Positions 10,471 through 22,100 of a stretch of DNA of 64,000 nucleotides are shown here, piece by piece. This DNA is from Rebecca billardiae RCC1528 (lineage: Eukaryota; Protista; Haptophyta): contig OZ251229.1 in NCBI GenBank assembly GCA_965240325.2, forward strand, positions 2,836,836-2,900,835, written 5' to 3'. Made by a program: the position numbers and the translations under genes. Under the pieces are notes generated by a model that saw nothing but the letters and a program-made list of their open reading frames with translations, was not told the origin of the DNA and made no database searches. How positions within the stretch are numbered: position 1 is the stretch's first letter; the number at the start of each line of letters is the position of its first letter.

Positions 10471-12138
10471 CGGATCGCTGGTAGTCAAACAACATGTGCG
10501 GTACTAGGTTGTTTCGCCCCGCTCGTCCCGGGCGGGCGCGGCCGGCCCATCGGGCGAAGGATCATGCGGGCACCACCGCATATTGACAAGGGTACTCAGT
10601 AAGGCTCTGGAGCCCCGCCCCGGTGGCAGTCATCAACTCGGGTCGATCTGAGTCACATCACAGTGCCGATTCACTCGACCTCCGTCGGTCCGCCGGGCCC
10701 GGCGGTCGTGCCGCGGGGCCGGCTGCGTTCCGGCGGGACGGCTCGGAGGCGCGCAGCTCGGAAGAGTGCTGCTAAAAGTGTATTGTTCGGCCCCACTCGT
10801 CCCGGGTGGGGGCGCCAGGACCTTCGGGCAAAGGATGACATGCGGGCACCACCGCATTGACAAGGACACCTCGGAGCCCCGCTCGCCCGTGGCAGTCGTG
10901 CCCGCGGGGCCCGGCCGGCTGCATTGACCGGCTGTGAGGCGGCTTGGAAGAGTGCTGCAAAGTGTTGTTCGGCCCCGCGCGACCATGCGCTCGAGGTCGG
11001 CGCGTTGTCATAGATAATGCAGCTGGCAAGGCCAACGCCGGTCATACAGTAGTGCATCGTCCCTGTCTTGCCGGCAGCCGAAGGGCGAGCTCGAGCGGCG
11101 GCGCGCGGCCGCATCCGAGGCGAACGTCAGCGGATGTGCAGCGAGACGGTTCGATGCCAGCACGTGCTCGAGCTGCGGCGTCGTCATCTCATGCAGCTGC
11201 CATCGTCCCTGTCTTGCCGACAGCCGAAGGGCGAGCACGACGGCGGCGCGCCGCCGCATCCGAGGCGAACATCAGCGGATGTGCAGCGCTTCTCCGCCTC
11301 CCGAGCAGCGGCTGACGCCAGTCGCTTCGCGTTGGCAGCAGCAGATGCAGCTGCAGCTTTGGCCGTGCGCTGCACCGTCCGAGCGGGCGGCGGGCGCGCA
11401 GCCACATTCTTGCCCCTTCTCCGCTGCCAGCTGCGCTGCTGCGTGGGCGTTTCGCTCCGACCTCGCGGCAGCCACTGCTTGTGCAGCTGTGTGTGCAGCT
11501 TCCGCTCGCGCTGCAGCCCTCACGACCCGTGCGCTCGAGCCGATCAGAGCGGCGCTCGAGCCGATCAGAGCAGCATTAGCCCGAGTGATGGCCGGTCGAG
11601 CGAGTGTCGCGCGGCGACATCGGACGGCTTCGCTGAGGTACACGACTTAAGCGGCGGCTTTCCCGCGCGTGTCGGCTCGAGCGCTGCGAGAACGCCTGCA
11701 AGCGCCAACACCACCCACAGGGCGCACGGCCGCATGGGTGTGTCGTGCGGCTTTTTGGGCCGTGCGACCTTGGAGGACGCCGAGCGTGGGGGTGTGCAAT
11801 CTCTGCGCATCGGTGTACCGTACTCATATTGACCGAAAATGAGCATTGACAGGGAGGTATCATCCAATCAGATGATGGGCCTCATCTATGACCGCTCCTT
11901 TGCAGATATGTCCCGTGCGCGTGCGCATTGATATTGGACTTCGTCCTGATATTTGATGATCGAAACCGGTTCCTGGATCATCGTGATGGTCAAAACGGTT
12001 GACCTTGGTGGGCTCGACGAGTGCCCATTCATGCCAACGTGCCGGAGCGCGGCAGATCTTCGATCTGGTACTTAGCGGGGCGAAAAGTCTGAAATCTGCA
12101 GATTTGGCCCGAGCGAGCGAGTCGCGCTTTAGTAGTGC

Positions 12139-13247
12139 CAAGGGAGTCAAGGGTGCCCGCGCCCCAGTGGCGCGCTCGGCGGATGTTGGGATACACCTTT
12201 TTGCCCGCGGCCCTGCGGCGGCGGCGGCGGTGGCGTGCTCCGCTGGCGGGGCGAGCGCACGGGGCACGGCGCTGCGGGCGCGGATGTGCCCGCGAAGCCG
12301 GCGCGTGCGGACGGGCTGTTGCGGGAGAGTATCAGGCGCCCTCCTGCGACGCGCGACTTGCGCCACGCCTCTTTCGCCTCGGCTCAGAGCAGCGCGCACG
12401 CACGCGCCGCCTCAAGGCCAGCCTTGCCGCGCCGCAGCCGACCGCGCGCGCGCCGTGCGCGGCGTGGTCGGGAAGGAACGGGCGCTGCTGCCGGGCGAGA
12501 TGGCGACATCATGGGCGCACGCCATGCCGCCCCGCGGCGCCGCGAAAGAGCACGAGAACGGATCCGCACAGCTGTTGACGAGTGCTGATTTCTTGCCGTG
12601 CCTGAAGCCAGACCTGAGCTCGAAGAAGATGATGAAAGAGCATCAGCGCGAGGAAAGCGTCGCACCCAGCACTTCTACATGACCACGCGGTGATGAACAT
12701 TCATGTAAGAGTAGCCCGCGTGCCCGTCTGGCACTGTTCTGTGTCTCAATGATCGTCCCGACAACGGTCACGACCGCGAGGCAGTGCACACCATTTGTGA
12801 CAAGTCGAAAAGGCGTGCAAACGGACCGACGACACTCTCGTCAAGGCGTGGCGGGGCGGCATGGCGTGCGCCTATGATGTCGCCATCTCGCCCGGCAGCA
12901 GCGCCCGTTCCTTCCCGACCACGCCGCGCACGGCGCGCGCGCGGTCGGCTGCGGCGCGGCAAGGCTGGCCTTGAGGCGGCGCGTGCGTGCGCGCTGCTCT
13001 GAGCCGAGGCGAAAGAGGCGTGGCGCAAGTCGCGCGTCGCAGGAGGGCGCCAGATGCTCTCCCGCAACAGCCCGTCCGCACGCGCCGGCTTCGCGGGCAC
13101 ATCCGCGCCCGCAGCGCCGTGCCCCGTGCGCTCGCCCCGCCAGCGGAGCACGCCACCGCCGCCGCCGCCGCAGGGCCGCGGGCAAAAAGGTGTATCCCAA
13201 CATCCGCCGAGCGCGCCACTGGGGCGCGGGCACCCTTGACTCCCTTG
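12139..13247. mobile_element. P-like foldback element, second copy
   Basis: Duplicate of 6345-7453 at +5794 with the same GTAGTGC flanks. Confidence 0.8.
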
Positions 13248-13355
13248 GTAGTGCAGACGGCGTTCGTTTCAGTCGTGCGTGCGTTTCGCAGCAGCAGGAG
13301 TCGCGTGGTAGGCGTTATCAGGTGAGGTGCGTGAGGTAGGTGTGAGGTAGGCGCC

Positions 13356-14951
13356 ATGCTCCGCGGCTCCGGGAAGGGCGCGAGCCGCCACGCGACCCTC
13401 ATCCTGCTCATCTTCGGGCCCGTCTCGCACCTGCTCGGCGGGCTCAAGCTCGTCGACGCTGCGGCGTGCGCCTCCTGCGACGGAGGCGAGCTGCTGTGCA
13501 GCACGAACACGGACACCGACCACCTCTTTGGCGCGGACGACTCGGGAGGCTACACCGGGCGGGACAAGCTCTGGTCGTTTACGAACACCTATGGCGTGGA
13601 CATCAAGCTTACGGTCAACACGCAGTCAACCCTCCGAGACTTCGGTGACTCGACCGCGATCTCGATCTACAGCGACGAGGCGCTCACGACCCTCGTGGAC
13701 CAGGATGGCACCGCCTGCGCAACCTATGGGCCTTATTCGGACGCGGGTCTGACGGTCACCGTCAGCTCGGGCACCACCGTCTACGCGCTTATCGACGGCA
13801 AGCAAGACGGCTGGGCATACGACGATTACAGTGAAACCAAAGTCAATCTCAACATCTGCTGCTCGCTCACCTCCGCCACCCCCGATGTGTGCTCGACGAG
13901 CTTCAGCAGCGATGGCGATTGCACCGATTCGTTTGCATCAGCGCCTCCCAGCCCACCCTCTCCTCCGCCCTCGCCGCCGCCAAGCCCGCCGCCCTCGCCT
14001 CCCCCATCACCGCCGCCGCCGAGCCCGCCGCCATCGCCGCCGCCATCACCGCTGCCGCCGAGCCCGCCGCCATCGCCGCCGCCGAGCCCGCCGCCATCCC
14101 CACCGCCGAGCCCGCCGCCATTGCCGCCGCCCTCGCCACCGCCATCGCCGCCGCCGCCGAGCCCGCCGCCATCGCCGCCGCCAAGCCCGCCGCCCACGCC
14201 GCCGCCGAGCCCGCCGCCATCGCCGCCGCCGAGCCCGCCGCCATCCCCACCGCCGAGCCCGCCGCCATCGCCACCGCCAAGTCCACCGCCGTCGCCGCCA
14301 CCGAGCCCACCGCCGTCGCCACCACCGAGCCCGCCGCCCACGCCGCCGCCGAGCCCGCCGCCATCGCCGCCGCCTAGCCCGCCGCCCACGCCGCCGCCGA
14401 GCCCGCCGCCATCGCCGCCGCCGAGCCCGCCGCCATCCCCACCGCCGAGCCCGCCGCCATCGCCACCGCCAAGTCCACCGCCGTCGCCACCACCGAGCCC
14501 ACCGCCGTCGCCACCACCGAGCCCGCCGCCGCCCAGTCCACCACCGAGCCCTCCCCCAAGTCCGCCGCCCGCACTCGTCGTGGGCGTCGACTGCATCTGC
14601 ACGTCGGACGCCGCCCTGCTCGGGTCCGCACGCCGGCAGCTCGGCGCACTGCCACACATCTCTGACGCGGTGGAGGAGCGCGAGGAGGCGCATGAGGAGG
14701 GTCGCGGGCGTGGCCGCGGGCGCCGTCGCCCGGCAGCCGCGCGCACTGCGCGCGGGGCCAACGGCTGGCGCGACGCGGGTGCGGCGCAGAGGGCGTCCCC
14801 GCCCCACGCGGCCGGCTTCTTCCGGGCGATGGCGCGGAGCGTCTCGCGCATCGGCGCCGCGGGCGAGCAGCAGCATTCCGCGCCTCAGCGGCGCGAGCTG
14901 CTTTTCGGCGGCCTGGCGCTGCTACCGTTGTGCCCGGACTACCTTTGCTGA
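13356..14951 (+). CDS. Secreted PPC-like + (SPPP)n protein, copy 3 (531 aa)
   Basis: Differs from copy 2 at two codons in the head domain (A/T and P/L). Confidence 0.8.
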   Translation: MLRGSGKGASRHATLILLIFGPVSHLLGGLKLVDAAACASCDGGELLCSTNTDTDHLFGADDSGGYTGRDKLWSFTNTYGVDIKLTVNTQSTLRDFGDSTAISIYSDEALTTLVDQDGTACATYGPYSDAGLTVTVSSGTTVYALIDGKQDGWAYDDYSETKVNLNICCSLTSATPDVCSTSFSSDGDCTDSFASAPPSPPSPPPSPPPSPPPSPPPSPPPPSPPPSPPPSPLPPSPPPSPPPSPPPSPPPSPPPLPPPSPPPSPPPPSPPPSPPPSPPPTPPPSPPPSPPPSPPPSPPPSPPPSPPPSPPPSPPPSPPPSPPPSPPPTPPPSPPPSPPPSPPPTPPPSPPPSPPPSPPPSPPPSPPPSPPPSPPPSPPPSPPPSPPPSPPPPSPPPSPPPSPPPALVVGVDCICTSDAALLGSARRQLGALPHISDAVEEREEAHEEGRGRGRGRRRPAAARTARGANGWRDAGAAQRASPPHAAGFFRAMARSVSRIGAAGEQQHSAPQRRELLFGGLALLPLCPDYLC

Positions 14952-15287
14952 CGGCCCACACGCTAAGCCGGCCGTCTGAGCGAGGCCAGTGCCAGCCGCT
15001 CACGACCGCGTCCGGCGGCCAGCCGGCGCTGCGCCTGCATGCCATACACGACGACTGTTGCCAGACTGTACGACGATCGACCTGCGGCTGGCCCCGCGCG
15101 ACGACCGTGTCCGTGGCGGCTTCGTGCTGTGCCGCCGCGATATCGATGTATGATGCGGCGATGAGTGCATGATGACTATTGACGACTATCAGTATTGACT
15201 GTTACAGGCAATCGCGGGCAATAAGGAGCTGTCACGTTACTACTAGCCAACTCGGGCCGAACTGACTCGGGGGCTTGGCGGCTTGCT

Positions 15288-17360
15288 GGCCTGTTTTATT
15301 TCTACGAGTACGACTACAGGCTGGTCTCACCAAGAACTTCCCGAGCGCTGCCGACGTGTCCGCGCTCGCGGCGGGCGAGCACGGGGAATCGGCTGAGTAC
15401 GATCGCTCGCATCGTGGGTCTAGTCCCCGACAAAATTGTCCGCGGAGCCGCGCGCGTCGCTCACCTCGTGCCCGGCGCTCCGCCGCGGAGGCGCCGTCAC
15501 AGTGGTTTTCACAGTGGGCCGAGCAGTCTGAAGTGGCGCTGAACTGAGGTTTCGTCGGGGTTTCCGCAGTCCGGCGGGCTTCTGCCGCTTCGGACGCCCA
15601 GGCGGCATCCATCACCACGAGGTCGGCCACGCGCGGACCTGGCCCGCGCGGAGGCGGAGCATGGCGCACTGCTTGATGACTGCGCCCGCGCGAGCCGTTC
15701 CATGATCGCTGTGGTTACAGCCAAAGCCCCTGCCTCTGTTGGTGGGACCTCGCCAGATGCACTTGTCACTTGCGCGCCGCTCGAACGGCTCCGAACGAAC
15801 ACGACGAGCACATTGCACTTCGTCGCAGTTGGCTCACTCGCAGCAGGTATTCGAATCTGTCGCAGTGGAAGCGGGGGGTGCGAGAGCCTACGTACGTCTG
15901 TCAAGGGCAGCCGCACGCTTCAACATTGCGAAGGAGTTCCGCCCTGAACAGTGCGGCGGCAAGGCGGGTTGAGTGTGCTCCAAGCAACATCGTCAGGCAC
16001 TGATACAGGTGGGGAGGCGCAGGAAGGACGTTGCAACGAGCGCGATGAGGCCCACATACCTCGACAGCATGGGAGAGACGCGCTGTGGGACATGAAGACA
16101 CCTGTCACTCATGCCAGGTCCCACGTTGACCCGCAACGCTCGGCGGCTTCTGCGGGCGAGAACAACGACGCAATGTTTCAGTGCTACAGCGAGGGTGGGG
16201 ATGAGGAGAGGGGCTTGGGGTACGGGCAACCGTGTGAACAACACCACTAGGGGTCGCACGGACCGAGATCGCGCGCCGTTCATTTTTTGCAGGGGGGTGG
16301 GGGTTTGAATCTCGACAACGGCGAGGCGGACAGAGGCGTGCGACCCCTCGTCGGAGAGCTCTCGATGCGGCCGATTTAATGGCGCCATCGAGAATTTTCC
16401 GCAGACGCAGTGGGACTGAAAAAAAAAATCCAAAGCCTCGGGAAGTTCTGGGTGAGACCAGCCTGTACGAGAGCCCAACGGCGACATTCGCCAAAACCGG
16501 GTAAAATGGCGGCTTGCCCGCTGGTGGTGGGTGCCGGCGCGATTGCGGAGTAGGGATGGCACGTCGTTGGCGCATGTTCGTACTAGGGCGCTGAGCTGTA
16601 GCGAAAGGTGTTGCCAAGGCATGCTGCTTAGCCTTGCCATGGTGCTTCGCCATGACACAGAGGTCACTCGCAGCGCACGGCGGTGTGACGATCGCCGCGC
16701 CGCGGCGGCAAACCGCAGTTGCGGGCGCGCTGCGAGCTGCAAGCACTCTGCCTTGGCTGCGTCGCGCCCGTGTCAGTTGTTGAACCAGGACTGTTGAACA
16801 ACCGATGGGCTGCAAACGATACCAGCTACACTCGCTCCGCCGCCACTTCCTTGTCGAGCGTGAGATGCTTCCGTTGCGTGCGCTCGCATGCAGCTTGCCG
16901 CCTGCATTTGAACGTGGTCACGGCAGGTTGGTGGGCTGGTTGCTCAGGCCTCCTCGGCGTAGATGACGACAGGGTGCGTGCCACGCGCACCCATGACGCG
17001 GGAAAGGCGTGCACACGCGTCCTCGCGCATCTGGCAGGCTGCAGTCTTGGCCAAGATGATGCCAGAACAAGCCTGCCAGTGCCTCGCCGCGCGGGCGCGA
17101 GCGCGCAGAGAGATCTGGCTTCTGACCCGTGCTCTTCAGTGTACCTCGTGTGCGACGACGACGAGGCGGACGAGCGCCGCAACTGGATTCCTGCACTCAC
17201 CGGTCACCGAGGAGTGCAGGAATCGCATTCCTCGCGCACGCCGGGGCCGCCATCGGCCGTGAGAGGTACACTGAACGGGGCGTGACACCGATTCCCACTG
17301 GCGGGCACGGGTTTGTCGCCGTGACATAGTAAATGGAATCTGGTAGAAATAAAACAGGCC
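15288..17360. mobile_element. Non-autonomous TIR DNA transposon, 2073 bp, 4-bp TSD
   Basis: Perfect 18-bp TIR GGCCTGTTTTATTTCTAC / GTAGAAATAAAACAGGCC. TGCT on both sides (15284-15287, 17361-17364). No recognisable intact ORF. Confidence 0.85.
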
Positions 17361-17931
17361 TGCTAGTAATGCTATGATCTGCGCGGATCTGCTGGCGCAG
17401 CCCGTAGAAACTGAGACCGAGTAGGCACCGGACTCAACCCGATACGGGCCGATTGGCTGGTGTCCAGTTCGCTATACGCCATCATAGTCACACACTGCTG
17501 ATTAATAACTCATTATTATATTATAAGACGACGAAACCGGGATGACAATACTCGTCGCCCGCTGCCGATGACTATGATGAGTGGTCCGCCGAGGGCCAGG
17601 CAGAGGCGCAGAGTGCCCGTGGGACGCGGCGCGCGGCCGCGGCGACTAACTACGACGGCACAGGCCAAGTCCCGACTGAGTCTCCTGGTGACTGACTCCT
17701 GGCCAGTGCACCGCGCAGCATCCATGCAACATCATGCCAGATTTGCGCTCCAAAATGGCCCATCAACATATTTTCTTCGGCCGCCTCGCCGGCCGGGCCT
17801 AAAGCCTCAGCGGGGGGCTCTGCCCCCCTGCGCCCCCCGCGCCTGCGCGGCGGGCGGACCTAGCTAAGAAACTGAGACTCCGTAGGCGCTCGGGCTTATA
17901 ACCCGCGAACGGCTAACAGAAACCGAGACGA

Positions 17932-18001
17932 CTATCTATATATCTATCTATCTATCTATCTATCTCTATATATATATATATATATGTGGGGGGGGGGGGG
18001 G
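17932..18001. repeat. (TATC)n/(TA)n microsatellite followed by a G run
   Basis: Seen directly. Confidence 0.9.
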
Positions 18002-19197
18002 CTATTGGTACAATAACGGATTGTCTAAGAGGACGACACGGACGCCAGGCGCCAGCGCCGCTCATCAGCTCCATCGCCCTCTACCGGACCATGGCCTCAA
18101 CGAGCTGCTCCCGGACAAACAGTCCGTCCGGCATTTTCTGTTACCGGCCAAAGATCTCCGATCGCCATCATCGGCTTCTCGGGCTCTGCAGCCGTGGCGC
18201 GGGCATCCAGCCATGTCGCGTCCTGCGTCGCCGGCGGCTGCGGCTCGCACGCGGGTGGCGCGTCGCGTGCACCGACCAACATCTTTCGGCAACCCGCCCA
18301 CCCAGGGCCCGTTGGTCTGGTGCTCGGGCGGCGGGATCACAACACCCGCCGTCCGACCGCCCGGTCTTGCGGCGCTGCACTTAGGGCTCATGCGACCCCC
18401 TGCGTCCCAACACGGTTGGGTTTTTCAGGTTAGGTCCCCAGCAGTGCTGCTCCCGGGCGGTCAGGTGGAGGTTCATTGTCGACGAGTCTATATATAGCTA
18501 CCCGTGAGATCTCTGACTTCAATTATTGCGCCCGCGATTGCCTGATGAAGAGTAGTATTGATTCGGACTCAGTCCCCTTCGCGGCGCGAAGTGCCGCGAA
18601 CGGGGCATGAAAAAAATTCCCCCGCATCCCCACTGGGCGGAAGTGCGGACGGGTAATACGTTAACGCCGAAAATCGATTTAGTTTACTGTGTTAACATTT
18701 ACACTACAGGTCCGGCTATCCGGGGCCGGCCGACCGGATCCGGACCGGACTGTCCGGGACGCGGGCTACGCGGTGACGACTACGGCGCAGCCAAGAGGGA
18801 TGACGAGTCCGAGGCCCTCTGAGTCTCAGTCTCATCAGTCTCAGCACGGCCGCAGGTGACGCCGTTCGGGCTGCGTGGCGTCTCGGGTCACGTGTGTGAC
18901 GGCCGGGACTCTCCGTCTCTCGAGTCACGCCGCCGCCCGCGGCCAGTCCGATCAGGCGGCAACAGTGTCGCAGGTGGGATGCATGTAGTCTCTGATTGGA
19001 CGATATGAATCTCGGTCGTATATAACTCACTACTCACTGTCATTCCGATCGGCATATTACTCGGCGGCGCCATCGACTAGCCCGCGCCCATACGCGCTGC
19101 ATCCCGCAAACGTCGTCCATCATCGTCATCCGCCCGCACCCGCCCCATAGCATCGTCCAAGTCCGCCTCAGTTGGCAGCCGGCCCATCATCAACCAA

Positions 19198-22100
19198 TCA
19201 GTCGGCGCGCAGGTTGTGGAATGGCGACTGCTTGTACTCCGAGTAGACGGCGGCGCTGTTGACGAATTCCCACCCCTCGATCATCCCGGGCCCGGACTCG
19301 GCGCCGTCCGCGTCGCTCGACTTGATGTGCTGCAGCTTCTCGATAATCGCGCGCACGTCGTCGCCGTTCTTGAAGTGCATCGACGAGCCGTCGGACGCGT
19401 CCACGCGGTACAGCGCCTCCTGCGAGCCGCCGCGCACAAGGCCGACACACCGGGGGGGGGGGGGGGGGAGGGAGGGGGCAGAGCCGAGCACGGCAGGGCG
19501 GGGGAGCAGCCGGCCAGCCGCGCGACGAGGGCGGGCGGGCACGCGCGGCGGTGGGGAGTGGAGGGGGGGAGCCGCGAGTGCGCACACGGCCAGCGGCCGC
19601 CGATGCGCGGTGAGGGCCCGCTCCCGGCCGCGTGGGCGCCGCGCCGCGCCGCTGCGCGCCGCGCCGCTGCGCACGTTGAGCGGCGAGGCCAGCTGCTTGC
19701 GCTCCAGCGCCTCCCACGGCAGTCCGGCGAAGAAGGGGTGCGCCTTGAGCTCGGCCACGCCGCCCGGCGTGCAGCCAAGCCGCTCGGCGGGGCGCTTGCG
19801 CAGCAGGCCCTCGATCAGCTCGGCGAGCGGGCCGAACTTGAAGTGCTTCTGCGAGGGGCGCCGGGCGCGGCGGCGCGGCGGCGCGGCGGCGCGGCGCAGT
19901 GAGCAAGCGGCCCGCGCGCGCGCTCGCCGCCAGGGCGCGGCGCGCCCGGATGTTGCGGCGCTGCCCGCACGCGCGGCGCATCTCTGCATCGGGCGCGGCT
20001 CGACCCGCGCGGTGCGCCGCTTCGCGCACCTCGATGCGGCCGGACCGTCCGGAGAAGTCGAGGAGCATCTTGCCCAGCGCGTACCAGTCGACCGAGGCGT
20101 CGTACTGCTCGTTGTTCTTCATCTCTGGGTTAGGGTTAGGGTGTTAGGGTTAGGGATGGGGTTAGAGTTAGGGTGAGGGTGGTTAGGGGTTAGGGTAGGC
20201 ACGCGCGCGCACACACGGGATGAGCGGAGTGCCGGCGGCACGCTCGACAGTGCTGGCTCGCGGTGCTCCGCTGGGTGCGGGCGCGCTGCGCGGCGCTGCG
20301 GCGCGCTCCCTGCGCGCCGCGCGGCGCGGCGCCAAGGCGCGGCGGCGCAACGAACGCACCCGGCGCCATGTACCGCTGCGTCCCGCAGACGGAGTGGCGC
20401 ATCTTGCCCTCGGTGGCGACGGCCATGCCCATATCCACGAGGCGCACGTGCCCCGCCCCGTCGAGCAGCACGTTGGCAGGCTTCAGGTCTCGGTAGATCA
20501 TCGAGCGCGAGTGCATGTGCGCGAGCGCCAGCACAATCTGCGCGGCGATGAAGCGGATCTCCTCGACCGGCACGGAGCTGGCGCGCGCGGGGGCGGGCGC
20601 GGAGGGAGTGGGGTGGGCGTGAGCGCGAGGGCCGCGCGTGTTGCCTGCCTCTCCGCGCGCTGCGCGCTGCACACTGCGCGCTGCGCGCTCCGCCTTTGCC
20701 TTGCGCGTGCACACGCACGCGCGCGCCCCCTGCCGCTCCCCGCAGCCCTCCCGCCCGCCCGCCCTGGCCCCCCAGCCCGCCCGCCCGCCCGCCCTGGCCC
20801 CAGCCCGCCCGCCCGCCCGCCCTGGCCCCGCGCCCGCCCGCCCGCCCGCCCGCCCGCGCGCGCAGCGCAGCGCAGCGCAGCGCGCACCGCAGCGAGTGCT
20901 TCTCGATGTAGCGGCCGAGGGTGGTGGAGGGCAGGTACTCGAGCGCAAAGTAGAGGTACCGCGCGGACTGGAAGCAGTACCCGACCGAGACGATGTTCGG
21001 GTGCTCGCACTCGATCAGCACGCGGCGCTCGTTGGAGGCGTGCGTCTTCCACCGGCGCGAGCGCGAGGCGAGGATCTCCTTGTCGAGGACCTTGAGGGCG
21101 TAGGTCACGCCGCAGTCGCGCTTGCGCGCCTGGCACGGCAGAGGGAGGGCGAGCGCGCATGCGCCCAGCACCGCGCGGGCACACACACGCGCGCGCGAGC
21201 ACACACGCACACGCACACGCACACACGCACACGCGAGCGCGCACCGATCGCGCGCGGTGTGCGCGCGGTGTGCACGCAGCCACGAGAGCGCACGCACGCA
21301 GGGAGCGGGCGGAGGAGCGCGGCAGCAGCAGCAGCAGCAGGAGGAGCGCAAGGGAGGAGCAGCGCGCGCGCGCGCGCGGAAGGGCGCGAGGCGCAGAGCA
21401 GCCGGTATCGACGAGGATGAGCGCGGCGGCGGCGGCGGGTGCAGGCAGGCGGCGGCGGCGGCGCGGCGCGGCGCGGCGCGGCGCGGCAGCGCGCGAGCGA
21501 GCGCGCGCGCGCGCGGGCCTCGCCGGGCCTCGAGAGCAGCGCACCTGCAGCACCTTGCCCTCGTACCCCTCGCCCAGGATGCGCAGCAGCGTGAAGTCCG
21601 CCACCGACGGCGCCGTCGCCTCGCGCCGCTTGAGCAGCCGCAGCGGGTGGATGTAGACGGAAGCGGCAAACGGCGCGAACGCCGCCTCCTCGAGCGCTTG
21701 CTCGGTGGCGGCGCGGAGCTGCGCGAGCGCGGTGTGCAGCGCGAGCGGGTGGCTCGCGTCCGCCGCCTCGAGCGCGCCGAGCGCGCGCTCGCTCAGCTCG
21801 TCCAGCACCGGCGTCACCGCCGACACCTTCGCCCCCGGCCGCGTGACGCCCGTCTTGGCGCGCGCGGCGCGGCGGCGCGCGCGCTGCGCCGATTCATCCT
21901 CGACGCCGTCGGCGGGCGGCAGCGGCGGCAGCGGCTCGTGGCCGGCGAGGAAGCGGTCCCAGATCCGGCGCGCCGCCTTGCCCAGCTCCGCCTCGCCGTG
22001 CCGCGCCGCCGCCTCCGCGCCCGTCAGCTCGTGCAGCAGCGCGAACAGCTCCTGGCCCGCCCAGCCCTCGGCAGCGTTCGCCTCCTCGAAATGCGCCAGC

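Larger units (their letters stand above)
1848..15269 (+). repeat. Tandem array: three gene-bearing blocks (1848-3683, 7471-9477, 13265-15269) separated by two near-identical ~3.8-kb spacers, period 5794 bp
   Basis: Direct sequence identity, and the ORF track repeats at +5794. Confidence 0.95.

Noticed and set aside
1939-14951. Diversity-generating retroelement behind the variable copies
   Set aside because: Differences are not adenine-restricted, and there is no template repeat or reverse transcriptase nearby.
15288-17360. Fanzor/TnpB or transposase cargo in the 2-kb TIR element
   Set aside because: No RuvC, zinc-finger or DDE motifs are recognisable in any frame.
18000-19190. Short ORFs between the microsatellite and the kinase
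   Set aside because: No recognisable motifs or coding-like codon bias.
20127-20199. True chromosome end or scaffold join
   Set aside because: The tract is short and degenerate, and the kinase reading frame continues correctly across it after splicing.
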